A stretch of DNA of 64,000 bases. Origin: the human T2T-CHM13v2.0 reference genome, Homo sapiens. The DNA lies in NCBI RefSeq assembly GCF_009914755.1, contig NC_060933.1; one strand, given 5' to 3'. Below are positions 13,751 through 28,860 of this stretch, piece after piece (the first letter of the stretch is position 1; each line of letters begins with the position of its first letter). The notes under the pieces were generated by a model. That model did not search any database, had not been told where the DNA came from, and was given only the letters and a program-made list of their open reading frames with translations. Made by a program: the position numbers and the translations under genes.

Positions 13751-14149
13751 TTACTAAAATGGACAAGAGAGAAACTGTCAAAGGTAAATTGCACTGTGTG
13801 ATGATCACAAGCTTAATAACCTGTGGAGAGTTTAATTTATCAAAGCTCAGCTTTAGATTGAGATTTATCATGAAGTCTGACAAAGACTTAACTAGAAATG
13901 AGAATCAATAGGTTGATAAAAGGTAGATCTCATTTGTCAAGAAACTATTACTTTCTGCATTTAAATGGAGAATCAGTTAGGTTAAATTTCTATCATTATT
14001 ACCATAATGTAGGGATAGATACATTTAGAGCAACTAGTAAAAACAACAAAGCATTGAGTCTTAGGAGAAAGGCAGATTTACCTACTGACAAAGAGAAAGG
14101 TTTTGAGGACCAAGGTGAGGCAGAAAGGGTAAATAGTAATCACTAGAAC

Positions 14150-14610
14150 CTAGAATGAATTTCCTTAATAGATGTCATATTGTACTAACCACATATTGCT
14201 TACAAAGAATAAAAGGTGAAATAAATTCAACAGATGTGCATGATCGCTCATTGCAAATTGGTAAATAAATAGAAAAAATTAGTTTATTAAGAACATTTAC
14301 ATAATCTGATTCAGTTGAATAAATATAACTGGGGGTACTGACTAATAGACTATACTTAACTTTTCAGGGTAACTCTAATGGGAATTTCCATGACTGTATC
14401 TTTTGTCCTGCCTTTTTCAGGCTTATAAAATAAATTACATGGACAAAGAAATACATAACTCATTAAATCCGTAGAAGATATACAATTGGGAAGGCAAACA
14501 AGTATACTGGATAATAACATCCAAAATATATCATAGAGCCTATAAATAATCTATTCAATCAGTGAGAAAGCATAAGTAATTAGACTTAAAGTTTATTTCT
14601 GAACTTGTGC
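14150..14610 (+). mobile_element. L3/CR1 LINE reverse-transcriptase remnant
   Basis: TTTTGTCCTGCCTTTTTCA...ATGGACAAAGAAATA..CTCATTAAATCCGTAGAAGATATACAATTGGGAAGG resembles the CR1/L3 RT region (LIKFADDTKLGG); very diverged. Confidence 0.55.
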
Positions 14611-14779
14611 CCTAAGTACATTTATAGAAAAACAATTGAAGATTTGTAAATCTTCAGGCCACTCATATTTTTCTATTTCTGAAAAATATTATGGTAATTT
14701 GTTTCCTCCGTAGCATATTGGAAGCATTCAGGAGAAATTTTAAAATCGCATCTATGCAAATATAATTTCTTTAGCTGAT

Positions 14780-16590
14780 ACGGTCTCAACATTCTATTTA
14801 TTCTCTTTAATTCTGATGTCTGTTTACCTGGTTATATCTTCTTATGTAAGTTGTCAGATTCATTCATAGCCAAAAGGTATTAATATCTTTTTAATGTCTG
14901 AAATATCTTTAGTAATGTCACCTTTTTTTTTCTTAATTCAGTTTTGGTAGATGTTTAGCAATTTTATTCATCAATATTTATTAAAGAAATTGAATTTATA
15001 CATTAGCATCTTCACTCAGTTTCATTTTTGAATTTTATTTATTTCATATAAGATTATTTGCATTTGTTATTAGCAATTAAAATGTCAATTCACTTTTCTA
15101 AGGCTGCTGTATTTTTGTTGAAGACTCAACCATCAGTTTTTGGTTGATGCTGCGAAGAAAGTATGTCTTTGCCCTTATCCTGGTTACTCCTAAGATTTTA
15201 ATATTTTTCATTGCTTTTCACAGTTCGATCATAGTTGTTTCTGTCTGTGTGTGTATATTTAATTTTCTCTAAAGAGTTCCTGTAGACATTCTCAAATCTT
15301 CTATGCTTCACAAAATTTGGGAAGTTCTCTGTTATTATTTGTTAAACAATTGTTTTGTATCATTCTGCAAATTTTTTCTAGCACACTGACTAGGCATACA
15401 TTACGAAGGCATGTGTTATGTACACTTCTTATTTTTATTATATACTTTGGCCATATTTCACATGACATTTAGTCTTTGTTGTGTTATTTATTCTTATCTC
15501 TCATTATGCTTAAATTTTAATATTTCTGTCAATGAATCTTTAATCTAGTTCTTTTCTATACCTAAACTTTAAACCTGCTCAATAAGATCATAATTTCAGA
15601 TGTGTTTTGCAATTCAACAATACCAATTTTATTCTTTTTATATTCTAATACTTTGTTACAATTCTTTATCTTTAGTAATTTAGTTTCCCCTGCATTTATA
15701 ACAGTTATTTTAAATATCCTATATGTTATTTCTAAAACTTGAACTACTCAGGATTTTAGTTGTCTTAATTGTTGTTCCTTTTGGAGCATGGAAATTTAAT
15801 TCTGATATTTAGCTTTGAAAGATGTTATTCTTTTCCTAAGAGATTTTTATTTCTGGTGTTTAATAAAATGACAATCACATTTTTTCTGTTGATAATTTTC
15901 ATTATAAATTATAGATTTTTATTAATTACATATTTTTATTATAGGTTAATAATTATAAGTTTATATAAATTGTTAATAATAGATTTTCTCCTTATTCTTA
16001 GAGTGTATAACAACATTATTTTTGAACCACCCCATCTAATGTTCTAAAGTCTATTTCTTTCGGACAATGGACCTGTGTAAATATCTACTCAGCATTTTAA
16101 CCATCCATCTCCTTCTTTCCAAGTGAGCTCATTGCCATCTCCCTCTGATGATGCTTAGGAGTTTGGGGAGCAACTGACTTATATGCATATTTTAAGGCAT
16201 CCCCAATGTGTCACCCGGTACAGAGCACACTTCTCTAATTTCCAGCACCTATCTTTGGTCTTTCCTCATTCCAGTCAGTTTATGTTTTCTCTTTGATCTG
16301 TCTTTCATTTTATTTGTAATTGACGCATAGTAATTATATTTACTTTTGGGTCACAATGTATCTCTCAAAATTGCTATAAGCTCTACTTTTGAGGTTCAGG
16401 TGAACTGATTAAATAGTGCCTCAGAGCCAAAGCTTCCATTCTTTCAAGGTTAATATACCCTCTGCCTGCTCTTTTGTTCCCTGGTGCCCCCAAATATTTA
16501 CTTTAAAAACATTTCAGCTTTTACTGTTGTTTCTGGCAGAAAAGTTATTTCAAGAGACACAGCTACACCATGACTGGAACTGGAATTCCC
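14780..16590 (-). mobile_element. L1ME-type ORF1/5' region fragment
   Basis: Antisense ORF1 hallmarks (AAAATTTGGGAAGTTCTCTGTTATTATTT) and a 5'-end-like CTACACCATGACTGGAACTGGAA. Confidence 0.55.
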
Positions 16591-17018
16591 CAGCAAACCT
16601 CACACTTGTATCAATGCCTCCACCCACACTAGACAGAAAGAATTAAAAGTCCTCAAATATGATGGAATGTAAAGTATTTTAGTAAAGAAGACGGTTGCAA
16701 AAATTGTGAGGCACAGACCATGTTTCCATGATAAGAAACATTTCATGACAAGGTAAAAATATAATTTATAATTCTGAAAAACAATGCAGTTAAATGATAA
16801 ATATTATTTAATGAAGAAAAATAAATCTTCACATAGTGTTCCTCTATTTCAATTCAGTAAAAATAATGTATTTGTTTTTCATTGAAATAAATATGACCAT
16901 GTAAATTCATTTGTCCTACGTTGGTTGTCCAACCATAAACATTTTCACTACTGTTTGAGAATACCATAGAAAATACTTCAGCATTAGATGGCTGCTTTTT
17001 TATGGTGTTCTTTAAGTA

Positions 17019-17070
17019 TTAGGTTCATGCAAAACTAATGGCAAAAACACTTACTTTTGCACCAACCTAA
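17019..17070. mobile_element. MADE1 MITE (Hsmar1-derived), internally deleted
   Basis: TTAGGTTCATGCAAAAC...TTACTTTTGCACCAACCTAA flanked by TA on both sides; 52 bp versus an ~80-bp consensus. Confidence 0.88.
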
Positions 17071-19014
17071 TAAAAATTCAGAGATTTGCTGACTTTGTAA
17101 ATAATAAGAAAAGAACATAATAATCCATACATTTGTTTTTTGTGCCTGGAAATCTTGAATGCCACTTTAAATTAGAGAGAAAAGAAAGGATAGGGTGGAC
17201 AGGCTTCTTTATCCAAACTTTTTAAGGGTATTTTTGGAAGGACAAATAGTATGTATTTTAAAGATTAATTAAATTTATGACATCTGAGAATTTTCATATT
17301 CCCTTTTTTATAAATAACATTATATAAAAAGAAAATAAAAATGAGAGATGGCTTTACTTTTTGGCAAGTATAATTAGGCTATTAGGAAAGATGAAGTTTC
17401 TTACCATCAAAATATCACGTTTAACAATAGTTATTCCTCATGATGTTTCAAAATGTGCATGGAAAAATTGTTATAAATGACAGAGAATGATAGTCTTTGT
17501 CAAATTTCATGGAAAGTTCATGAGTAATAATGCTTTATCTTATTAAAAATAACCACAATACTTGTGCTATGAGCAAAGGCCTAAATTATATGTATGTTTG
17601 TGTGGTCGTGCATAGGTTAAGTAGAGAATACTATTGTTGTCAACTTATTATTTAGGGCTTTCGAACACACTGTGGAATAAAGTGGTACTAAATTAATTTA
17701 GAACGTATTTGAAGATACTCATTCTAGGAGATATTTAGTAGCTTACCAATGAAAAATAGCTAATAAATTGTTGAGCTTAAAATGTAAGTCAAGTTTGTCT
17801 TGCTTCAAAATCTTTCCTGCTTATATCAGTACTTCAGCACTATCCTTCTTGCTATAAACTTATCATGTAACCATGAAGAAATACCTTACTCAACTTCCCT
17901 GGTCCATAGTAAATATTTTATTCTTATAAACTGAATACATTCTCAAGTATATGCCAATCCACACTAAAATCAGAGGGATAAAAATATATTTTTCTGATCT
18001 ACAAACAATAGAATTTGATAATTTTTCTTTGATTTAGAGTTGCAACTCTTTTAATAAAACTAAATGTCCCTCATTTGTCCTTGACACTCAACTTAAGAAA
18101 AATGTACATTGTTATGTGAAGCATTACATCTCTTCTGTAAAATGAGGGAACTAAAGAGTAGTTAACTATCTTATATAAATTTTATTTGTGATTGATTAGA
18201 CAGGATTTTGATTTTGGTTTAAGTTGATTTGGAATATCTGGATTCTACTTGGACTATGTAAGAAACTGAGACTAAACAAAAAATAAGTATTGCGGAGAAA
18301 ATGAGAGAAAAGTTTAGCTTAATGTGTTGAGAATATTGTCTTTTGATTGGAAGAAGTATACATCTCTTCATATGTTAAAAAATATTGCTGGAAGCATTAG
18401 CCCTTTATAGCAAGTCTCAAAGAGGCCAATTTTTATTAAAGTCTACAACTCTTTTGCAGAATTACTCCCAGAGCTCTGTATCGATATTATCTTTACTCTT
18501 CTCCTCATCCTCTATCTAAACCAAGCATCATCAATTTTATAGGTAAAGACAGAACACTTTTTCGTTGAATGGCATTATTTTAAAATTTTCATCTATATAC
18601 AGATTATACGACTTGCCACATGCTGTATTGCACCATTTTAAAATGTACTTTCGATGTCTATAACTATGTTATAATGTCGCATAAAAATAAAAAAATTGTA
18701 TTATCAACTAATTAAAATATATAATTTAGCACTATGAATATTTAAATTATTAGCTAGCATGAAAACCTGTCTCACTTTCTTCTATTGAAAAATATATGCA
18801 ACATTACAAATGACAAATAAAAGAACTGCATCTGAATCTCTTTGAAAATTAAGGAATAATTTGTGTGAGTACATGTTTAGGTGTGTATATATTTATGTTT
18901 GTTCATCTATATGTACATGTATAAGCAAATAAAATGTCTGTGAGCAGATAAGTATTGATTTACATAATACAAGGTCTTATCAAGAATTTGCAAATATATG
19001 ATATGAGGCTGCAA

Positions 19015-19200
19015 GATGCAAGGAGAAAAGTATAGATTTTGGAATTAGGTGAGTTAAATTTAAGAAGCAGTTTCATAATTTACCACTAATCAAATTCTGG
19101 TAAGTTTCCAATACATCACTGAGCCATATCTTTTTCACAGTATTATTGTGAATATTAAATGAAATATTACACGTGAATTGTATTGCATATAAGGTAAAAT
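19015..19200 (+). mobile_element. MIR remnant
   Basis: AAGTATAGATTTTGGAATTAGG ... CACAGTATTATTGTGAATATTAAATGAAATA matches MIR 5' and 3' parts. Confidence 0.5.
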
Positions 19201-19811
19201 GCTTTGATTTAAATATTACCGATCCTGAATATTTGTAGTATCCAGTAATGTTTTCCTGCCATTATACTCTTTTGCCTGTTCGTTGATTTTGCAATTTTTT
19301 CTGTCTCACCTAACTATTTATTTTACACACAGCTAAGTTATTCTTTAGCCAGCAGGCAGAGAGAGTTGGTGGCAGGTGGTATCCAGGGCAGATTGTTGTA
19401 TCCAGCATTTTAAATAAGAAGAATGTTAAATAGAAAGAATTCGCAGACGCTAAAGAAAGAATAAAGATTTTATTACATCCTTACTGCCAAAATAGCAGAA
19501 TGTTTCTAAATTTATATGAATGCTTATCCCATGAGTCATTGATAAAATCTGAAGAAATAGCATATTAACGTTTTGACTGGATGACATGATAGACAACAGA
19601 TACGTAGATACATAGATAGATTGATATAGATAATAAGTAGACAGAATGTTCTGTCAGTATTTTTACTCTCATTACGATTTCTTCTTTAAGCATCTTTAAA
19701 GAGTGAGCTATTTGCAAGAACAATTCGTATTTTTCAGAGGGGAAAAATAAAAGCATCTAGAATTGTATGTAACATTCTCAGAACTTTACTAATAGTTGAT
19801 AATAGAGCTAG

Positions 19812-20024
<213 letters not shown>

Positions 20025-22399
20025 TGATCAGTATTTTTAAAAGAATTCAGTCAGAGTCAATCCACAGCTTCCCTAAAGGAAGTCTAAAGAAAAAATATTG
20101 TATATTAAGATATAATGCCAACAAGTATAGAGAAAAAGACATAGTTTCTCTTGCTCATTCTTTGCTCACCAGGGAACATACCAAAGAGCCTCTTATAAAA
20201 TAGGTGGTAACATTCACTCGCAAGACAAATCAGACTCCAACCTACAGACTCCACTAAAGATTGCCCATCTGGGTAAAAACCAAACACTGAGCAGAATAAG
20301 TCCATTGGAAAATGCTTCCTTTCTATAGTGCTAAAAAGACTACTTGATATATGTTCTCTGAAAATACCTCTTCAAACACACTGGCTAAGCTTAACGAAAT
20401 AATGTCCAGGCCATGCTACTCCCATAATTATTGATAGCAGGATAAAGAAAAAAAAATAAATTATGTTTTCATTAGGAAAATAAAAGTATACTTTCCTGAT
20501 CATCTCATCTTGCTGCCCATTCATGTGTCCTGTTCCTTTTTAATGGTTTCTCATTAAGAATGCAGAGTGTTCGCTTCCCAGAGCTTCCATTATTCTCTAG
20601 CTAACATAGATAACTTATATTCCTAAATAACAAGACTCATAACTCTCATATTCCATGTTCAAGTCATAGGAGCATAAAAATTCAATTGTATTAATGTTTT
20701 TAGAAGTACCTTAAACCACACTATGATTAGTTAACAAAGACAGTTACTGTATAATGAAGGGAAAATTGTTCTTATTGAATTAGTTGATGATGTTTTTTTC
20801 TAATTATAACACTGCAGGTGTTTATATCTACAGATTGCAGTGGTAGGATAATTAGGTCCAGGAAGTATGTGAATTATGTTAGGTTAAATTAGTTTATCAC
20901 CAGACAGGAACTTAATGAAGTGGAAATATCTTTCTAGGCTGTGCCTGAGTCATCAGAGTTTGTAATGACTACTTAATATGATGTTAAGAAATAACAAGTT
21001 TAAATTAGGAGATAGAATTGCTTTAGGACAAATGTCATTCTTTAAAAGACTTATTTTTCTTCTGGGAACCATAAACCAAATGATGAATGGTGCAAAATTA
21101 CTAATTCCCCTCCATCATCTAGTCACTTAATCTGATAATTTTTTTCTCAACACCATTTGATTGTACTGAGACACACACCATGCCTATATGCATTCAAGTA
21201 AAATATTCAAACCATTCTCTTCTCCATCGAGTTGGTTCAGCTACAGAGGAAATCTAATCAATCGCCCTGGAGGCCAAAACAAGATAGAAAAATACTTTGG
21301 TCAATGGTTTTGTGCCTAATATTTCCACAAATACATGACAATAAAACTCTAGTCTACAATTCCAACTTCTCTAACAATCAGTTCAATCTATCTATATGAA
21401 ATAAAAATCAGATTGTTTTTCCCTTTCTTCCTGTAAAAGTGGTGCACATACCAACCATGTTTTTATTTTTCTCTGTCAGGAAAAACAGACATAAATCTAA
21501 TGTTTATTTGAAGTTCCCTTATAATTATTTTTGCAACAAACATAGACCACACACCACGATCAGGGCTTGATAAGAATAGCTAAACTCAATACAAAACTGA
21601 ATACGTAGACAATACATTCAAAGTCTAAATTTTCCAGTAGACATAGTATTTTCCTTCTTACCAACCAAAAACTTTCCTGATTTAGATTTTTGTTTTTTTA
21701 TTCTTATTTGATTGGCTTTAAGATCTATTAAGTTTATGCATTTTACTATGTGGCTCCTTATAGTCTTTCTTCTGAGTAGGTGGGTTATAACTTTTTTCAC
21801 GTGTTTTATTAAAAGATCCAAATCCTGAACCAATGAGGGAAAAATGAAATATCAATATCATTGTATTTGTTATTTCCTGTGCATGCTTTACAAACCTTTT
21901 GTCTGAACTGTAATGACTATACTAACTTGAATGTGTTTGTGTAAAGATGAACAATATAGGAAATCTACCAATTAAGTGATGCTAAACAAAGCAGCAGCAG
22001 TCTACACACTGTCAGACATCTTGTTAACTTTAGAGGAGTGTTAAGTCTCTTGTAAAATCAGAAAGGAAACATAACATTACAACTCATTACAACGCATAAT
22101 TCTCACACTTGAAAAGCCTACATGAAGTGAATTTTCTCATATTTTTTAAGATGCTTAGAGGGATAGTTAAGAGAGGGATTTATTGTAAATAGTAAGATCA
22201 GTTAAAGATAGCCTGATGCAAAGTTAAAACTCAGAGCATGAGATATTTCTCTTTTTTTGCTAGTGTTTCATGAGGATTTATCTTGGTTTCTCGCCAACAC
22301 TATAAACCTGAAAAAACAAATTATGGGCTTGAAGTTACCATTACAAAGACCTAATAATACTTTAAAATGTTCATGAGCTCATTTATCTATATGTTATCT

Positions 22400-22590
22400 A
22401 TTTTATAAATGTTTTCACGATCATTGTCTCTTTTAATCTGCTCAGCAAGTCTTGGAGGTAAAAAGGATTATATTCTAATTTTAGAAATAGAGAAAAGTGC
22501 AGCAAACCAATTGAATGGAATTTCTAAGCTCATGAGATCATTGAGGATTGAACATCAATAAAAAACTCATTTGTTTTCATTTCTAAATCA
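22400..22590 (-). mobile_element. MIR remnant
   Basis: TCATTGTCTCTTTTAATCTGCTCAGCAAGTCTTGGAGGTA..ATTATATTCTAATTTTAGAAATAGAGAAA resembles antisense MIR. Confidence 0.45.
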
Positions 22591-22694
22591 ATGAACATCT
22601 TTGCATAGACTGCACACATGCTAACAAGACCAAATAAAAAAATCTGTTTTCATAGGTTTTAAAAAGATCTCTTCCTCCCTATGCAAATGCTGAA

Positions 22695-22719
22695 AAACAA
22701 ACAAACAAACAAACAAAAC
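22695..22719 (+). repeat. (AAAC)5 microsatellite plus AAAAC
   Basis: Read directly. Confidence 0.85.
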
Positions 22720-23770
22720 AAATCCCAAACTGGAATTCAGAGTCTAAGAAAAAATGGAATGTTGAATATTCCTATTGCTAATGGTCATATTGATCAATTT
22801 CTTTTTAAGTTTCTCTTTTTTATCTGCTTCATTTTTATTAAGAAATGAAAGAACAGCATATGACAGTATTACCTTACAGTATTAGATTGCTTTAAGTATG
22901 GGAAAAATGATCATTCACCTGTGCAAACAGGTCTTTTGAACATAGAACCAACTAGAGTAATTTTTTTTCCTGGTTTCTCACACTTGCCTTACCTTCTTAT
23001 TGGTAAGAATTAATCAGCATTCATCTAGCCCCTAAGTACACACACTAAATGAACAAATATATCTTAAGTAATTCCCCTTATATTCCTTGTTCCAAGGCAC
23101 ATTCGAGCTAGTTTTATCAGCAGACATTTCCTGATCTTAGTATCAGGGATAGTGTAGAGCAATGGAGATAGAAGCCCTGTGCAAAGTTCTGAAAGAATCA
23201 TGGTAATAATAGTACTAATAATGACAAGAGTTGAGTACTGAATATATACATCAGAAATAATGCTAGGTCACTTTAACAATTTATTCATAATTCTCACAGT
23301 GGGGCTGCAATTAATTTATAGTTAATGAAATTCTCCTGTTCTTCAAGTTATTCTGAGAAAAATAATGCCTTTGGAAGCATTGCATTGAAATAAACATTTT
23401 CACATGTAATGGAATAGCCAAATATAGACTACGGTTTGTGTTCTCTGTAGACTGATCTCAATGGGAGGGCCGACTATGGCAAACAGAATGTTATCTGTTT
23501 TTTACAGTTCTTAAAACATAATTCTGCATGTTGTTGCTACTGTAGTACTAGTTTCACAATGTTGCCTAATCTATACATACAAATAACCGCTTATTAGTAA
23601 CCTCATTCATCATAAACTTTTTAAATTATAAAATTTTATAAATATATGTTATATGTAGTAATTAGAACCAAAGTACCCTCCAACTCAATCTTTTTTTTTT
23701 TCTTATTCGGTATTTTAATATATTTCAGAGTTACCTATGCTTTGAGAGTTGGGAAAGTGATTTGAAATAG

Positions 23771-24098
<328 letters not shown>

Positions 24099-27000
24099 TT
24101 TACTTCCTTTTGTGTTTCAGATGTAACACAGTATAAAATCAGAGTTTTATAATTTCTGGAAAATGTTCATATATTAAAATGAGTCTCTTACAAGCACACA
24201 CACATGAAATAAAGAAAATTTAATAGAAATGTAAACATTGTCAAAATCATATATTAAAAAGTAGAAAAGCCTTTGGATGTCTAAATTTTACATCTTTTCT
24301 TAGTAAAAATAATTGATGTTCTTAAAGACCAATGGAGATTGCTAAAGAGGCAGCAGAAGAGAGTTGAACCCTTGAGATAGCTTTGAATATATGTTTTGCT
24401 TTCCTAATACCAACTAAGATTTTTATGCAAGTAGTCCAGTAGTACAGAAATACTGGAAAAAGTGTGTTCAGAGTTGGAAGGACAATTGATGAATTCTCCC
24501 TGTCTTCCAGTCTTATACCACAAAAGAGGACATTTGTGCAACTCTCTACCTTGTTAATTAACCCTTGCTAAAGAAGAATGTCTAACCTGACTGGAGTTTG
24601 ATCTCTTGTAAAATTTGATCAGTTTTTACTAAGTAGATTTAAAAAAAGGATGCACTTTCACTTTTTATCACCTCCTTCACTCAATATTCTCTTTATTTTG
24701 CTTTCCCCTCCTGGGCTGGGCACAATCTTCCTTCTGTTGATCACAGCATTCTAGAGGCACAGCCTGGCAGGACTGGTCCACTATTTTCTAAGGAGACTTG
24801 GTAATTTGAATACAAAATATATGGTGTGATTTCAGGCAAAATAAGAGGTTTAATCTGCCTCATCCCACTGATTTTCAAGCAAAGTGTTCTTCATGTAAGT
24901 TTACATAGTTTATAAATGGATTAATAAAGTTAATGATTGTTTTCCGTTTGAAATATATGCGCTTCATTAACAAATTTTTTGAGAAATCCGGGGGTAATTT
25001 CTTGGACTAGCTACTATTTATAATGGGAAAGATTCTATGAAAGAAAGAAAATGAGTATGTCAAATTTGCCTTTGTCTTACAAGAGAATAAAGGTATCTTT
25101 GTGACAGGTATTAGCATTAAATTTTATTTAAGGACAATATTGGGGATGTCAATGAGTACATCACACATACTTATTTTTCAATGCAAAATTAACATTAATT
25201 GTGGTAAAATAGAATAATTTTAATGCTTTGTTCAATTGAAAAAGTACACTTAAATTATTGTTTTATACATTTTTCCTCTAGGCTCGCAAGTTTCTTGATA
25301 ATTCTGTTGAAACTTAAATAACACAAATTTGTTTATAAAATAGTATTTATCTTAGCACACACTACGCCCCCACTCATTGTAATTGCCTCTAAGTAGGATG
25401 CACTTAGAAAATGTTAAATATGTCTTAAGATAAATCCCCAAATATCTTCAATTCTTCTAAATTCTTGGAATGAAATTTTATTTCTGTTCTAACAGTTCAG
25501 GTTGTCTCAAAGAGCATAATTAAGGGACAAATATGTTTTCAATTTTAAAGTCATTACAGATCTGTAAAAATTGCTTATATTATTTCTTAACCCAGATACT
25601 CATGATGGCATGTCACTGATGTAAATATTATTACAGTCACAAGTTTTTTAAATTCCTAAAGAATGTTTATAATTAGAAAAAGTTAAAATTAAAAGTTAAA
25701 TTGAAAAATTAAAATTAGAAAAGTCTACACACTAGACTTTATCAAACTAACGTAACTTACAGATAAGAAAATTTTAAAAATAGACCATAGATAGTTATGT
25801 GATATCCAAGACGTTTTGTAAGTTTCTGTGGTGTTACAAGAAAGAACAAACGTGAGGAGGAGGTTGGAAATAATTATGTCGACTAAAGTTAATTTAATTA
25901 AGCAAGAACATGTGCAACATCAAAAGTATGATGTAACTGTTCCTATGTTCTTTTCCTTCAAGGAATAATGAGCTTAGTTTTCCCTGAAACTGAGACACTT
26001 GAGCTGACAATTTTGTTTTCATTTTGAGTTTTATTCTAAATCATATGCAATGCTTTAAGAAATACTCACAGAAAGAGAGCAAGATTAAATTCATAAATAA
26101 AAATCCATTGAAATAAAGCTAGGCATAAGAACTTTTTAATGTTTATCTTTAAATTGAAAAATGATGTGAGATTTGTACTACAATGATGAAAGGTCACATC
26201 AATGTTGATAGCCAACTGAAAAAAAAAGAAGTGATTGTAAGATATTGATGGTCCTCGTTGGCTCAGATTTCAAAAATGTTTGCAGTGCTTGCATTCTGAG
26301 TATAAGAGGGATGCACTCCTAACATAGAAAAGGTGGACTTTCAAATTAGCGTGAACTAATGATAATTTTATTAAATATACTATACAAATATGGGGAGGAT
26401 CTTCATCCAGAAAGAGTATTCGTGGGCCACTGAAGTGAAAGGGAGGTATGTCAGAACAAAAACTATGGGAGAAAAAGAACATTAGATGCTATTTCTGCAG
26501 AATTTACAGCTTTACTGCACATGTTTTGCTTATTTTGGAAGAGCAGAGCTCATAAATGGGGTAGGTATGTGCTATATAATGCTTTGATCTATCTTCACTG
26601 GTTTATATTAAATACTCATCAATTTTTTTTAGCTAACAAAAAGAACATCTCTCATGATCTTTTCAGCTTCAGTGCATAGACAAGAACAAACTGCTGACTC
26701 CTTTTATTAAAAAGAGGGTAACATTTGGAAACATGAAAACTCATTAAAAAAATCAAACTACTCATGGTAGCTGTTGTGGAAAACTAAAGTAATAGAAGAA
26801 AAGCTCTTCACAAGTGATTGCTCTTTGTATATAATTGTTAATACAAGAAAAATTGCATTCTCAGAAAACTAACACACATTTAATAATTGATGTACATATG
26901 TGTACCACCATGTTTCTTTAATTTGTATTTGCACCAAAATTACACAGACAAATTATTTCATATATCTTTCCTTTGTTCTTGTTTCCCTCCCATATGCAGC

Positions 27001-28289
27001 TGTGTCCCAGAGATACTTTAAGCCACTTCTTTTGTTGTCTCCTTGTCTCTATATAACATATTAATAAATTTACTACTTTATTTTTAAAATTCAGGCCCCA
27101 TCTAGATACTTTCAACTGCTAAATATGAAAATATAACTCTATTCTTCAAATAAACCTCAACGCATATACACATGACTGTCATCCTCTTTAAATACTTATG
27201 AATGAAACCATAACTTGCAGAGCAGAGCCATGTGGTATACCACTTGGCATATCTAAAGGAAAGTGTGTGTGCATTTATATGATAGAAATAATAATTTTAT
27301 CTTCTGAGATAAAATGCTAAACTCAAACTTAAAACCAAAAAAATAAAGAATTTCAAATATCCATTGAGAAAATTATAGATGTAGGTATGTTAAGGGAGTT
27401 TTTAGAAGTATGTAAGATAAAATTAATGAAGTATAAAAAACATTGCATAGTGTCTGGCTCTTAAAAAATTGTACTACAGTAAGAATTCTACCATTTTAAT
27501 TACTCATTTCTTCAACACCCACGCAGATATAAAACTTAGACACTTTTGATACTATATATTTTTAGTAAAGCTTTGTAAATTTATTGATGAAGTTTCCTAT
27601 GAAATAATACAATTTTGAATACTATTAATTTTTATATCTACCTCTTTGTAAACTATGTAATATTTTGAATAATATTTCAACTGATTTTGGTAAAACAAAA
27701 TACAAAAAGTTCTGACTGTTGATAACCAAAACTTAAATCTATAAATCTATTTGTAGTAGAATTGGTCTACTTGTCAAGATAATTATCAGATCTTAGCCTC
27801 TCATACAGAAGTTTAACATTTTCTTTTTACAGGTTTTTCAAAGCTGCAACTTTTCTAATACATCTACGTAAGCTCCCTTGTTTCTTTCTTTAATGTGATG
27901 TAGGATATTTTTCATTTATAAAAATGCATTTATTTGCTGTTACTTTTTTCAACCTTTTGCCTCAGCAGCATTTAATCAATATTTAATGTTTCATGCAAGC
28001 ATGATATTATTAATGGCATGCTAAAAGTTACTTGCATAATTATTTTTGAGTCTTTAACAAGCCAAGAATGACATGTACAACTTATAATTTAATGAAGTTA
28101 GTCAAATGAATTGGTTGTGCTCTTATTAATCTACAGTGGGTTTGGAGGTTTTATTAAGATAATTGTGTTGGTTTTATAATGAGTATAAAAGTTAATAGTT
28201 CTTCCTAGTTGTCAATCATTATAAGTGTGGAAAGTTTTTTTAAAAAAGTATCTTATTGGACAGTAGACACTCCATGTTACCAATTAGAC

Positions 28290-28420
28290 ACATTGTTCAT
28301 TTACATGCACAGATATTTTAGAGTCTACTATTTAGCAGAATGCACATTTTAGAATAAGAGATGATATAATAATGAGCTTTTTGTGTCCTGGATGCCTTTT
28401 AATCTGAGGGGAAATATAAG
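28290..28420 (-). mobile_element. L2 3' end remnant
   Basis: TTCATTTACATGCACAGATATTTTAGAGTCTACTATTTAGCAG resembles the antisense L2 tail. Confidence 0.4.
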
Positions 28421-28659
28421 CATTTTTTCTTTAGAGGAAAATGAAGTGATTAATACAGTCTCTCAGCATAAAGGATGTAAACTTGGATTATGTTTCTAGA
28501 TGGCCAAAATCTATAGCCGATTAATGATGACATTGGACAGTTAGAAATCTGAGGAAGGAAGGAGTGGAGCTTGCTAAGATATGTGAGTTTGTAAAAGGAA
28601 CTCATTGTCACACAATAGAATATTTTTTTCTGTCCTTTTTAAATTTTATATTTGACATT

Positions 28660-28860
28660 GAAATAACTTGGCTCTCAATGAGTTTTGATGTCGATTTCTA
28701 ATCCAGGTTGCAAATTTTAACATATTCATTTGGATGAAATGGCAAGTCACTTGAACCTATAATTACAAAATTTAACCCACTTTAATAAGATAATGAAATT
28801 AATTCAATAATACCTAATCTATAAAAGCTTGGTAAATTGGTAGCCAATGGGTTATAATGT
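28660..28860 (+). mobile_element. MIR remnant
   Basis: GGCAAGTCACTTGAACCT ... AATAATACCTAATCTATAAAAGCTTGG. Confidence 0.45.

Noticed and set aside
17688-17701. 14-bp palindrome CTAAATTAATTTAG
   Set aside because: Palindromes of this size are expected several times in 64 kb of AT-rich DNA
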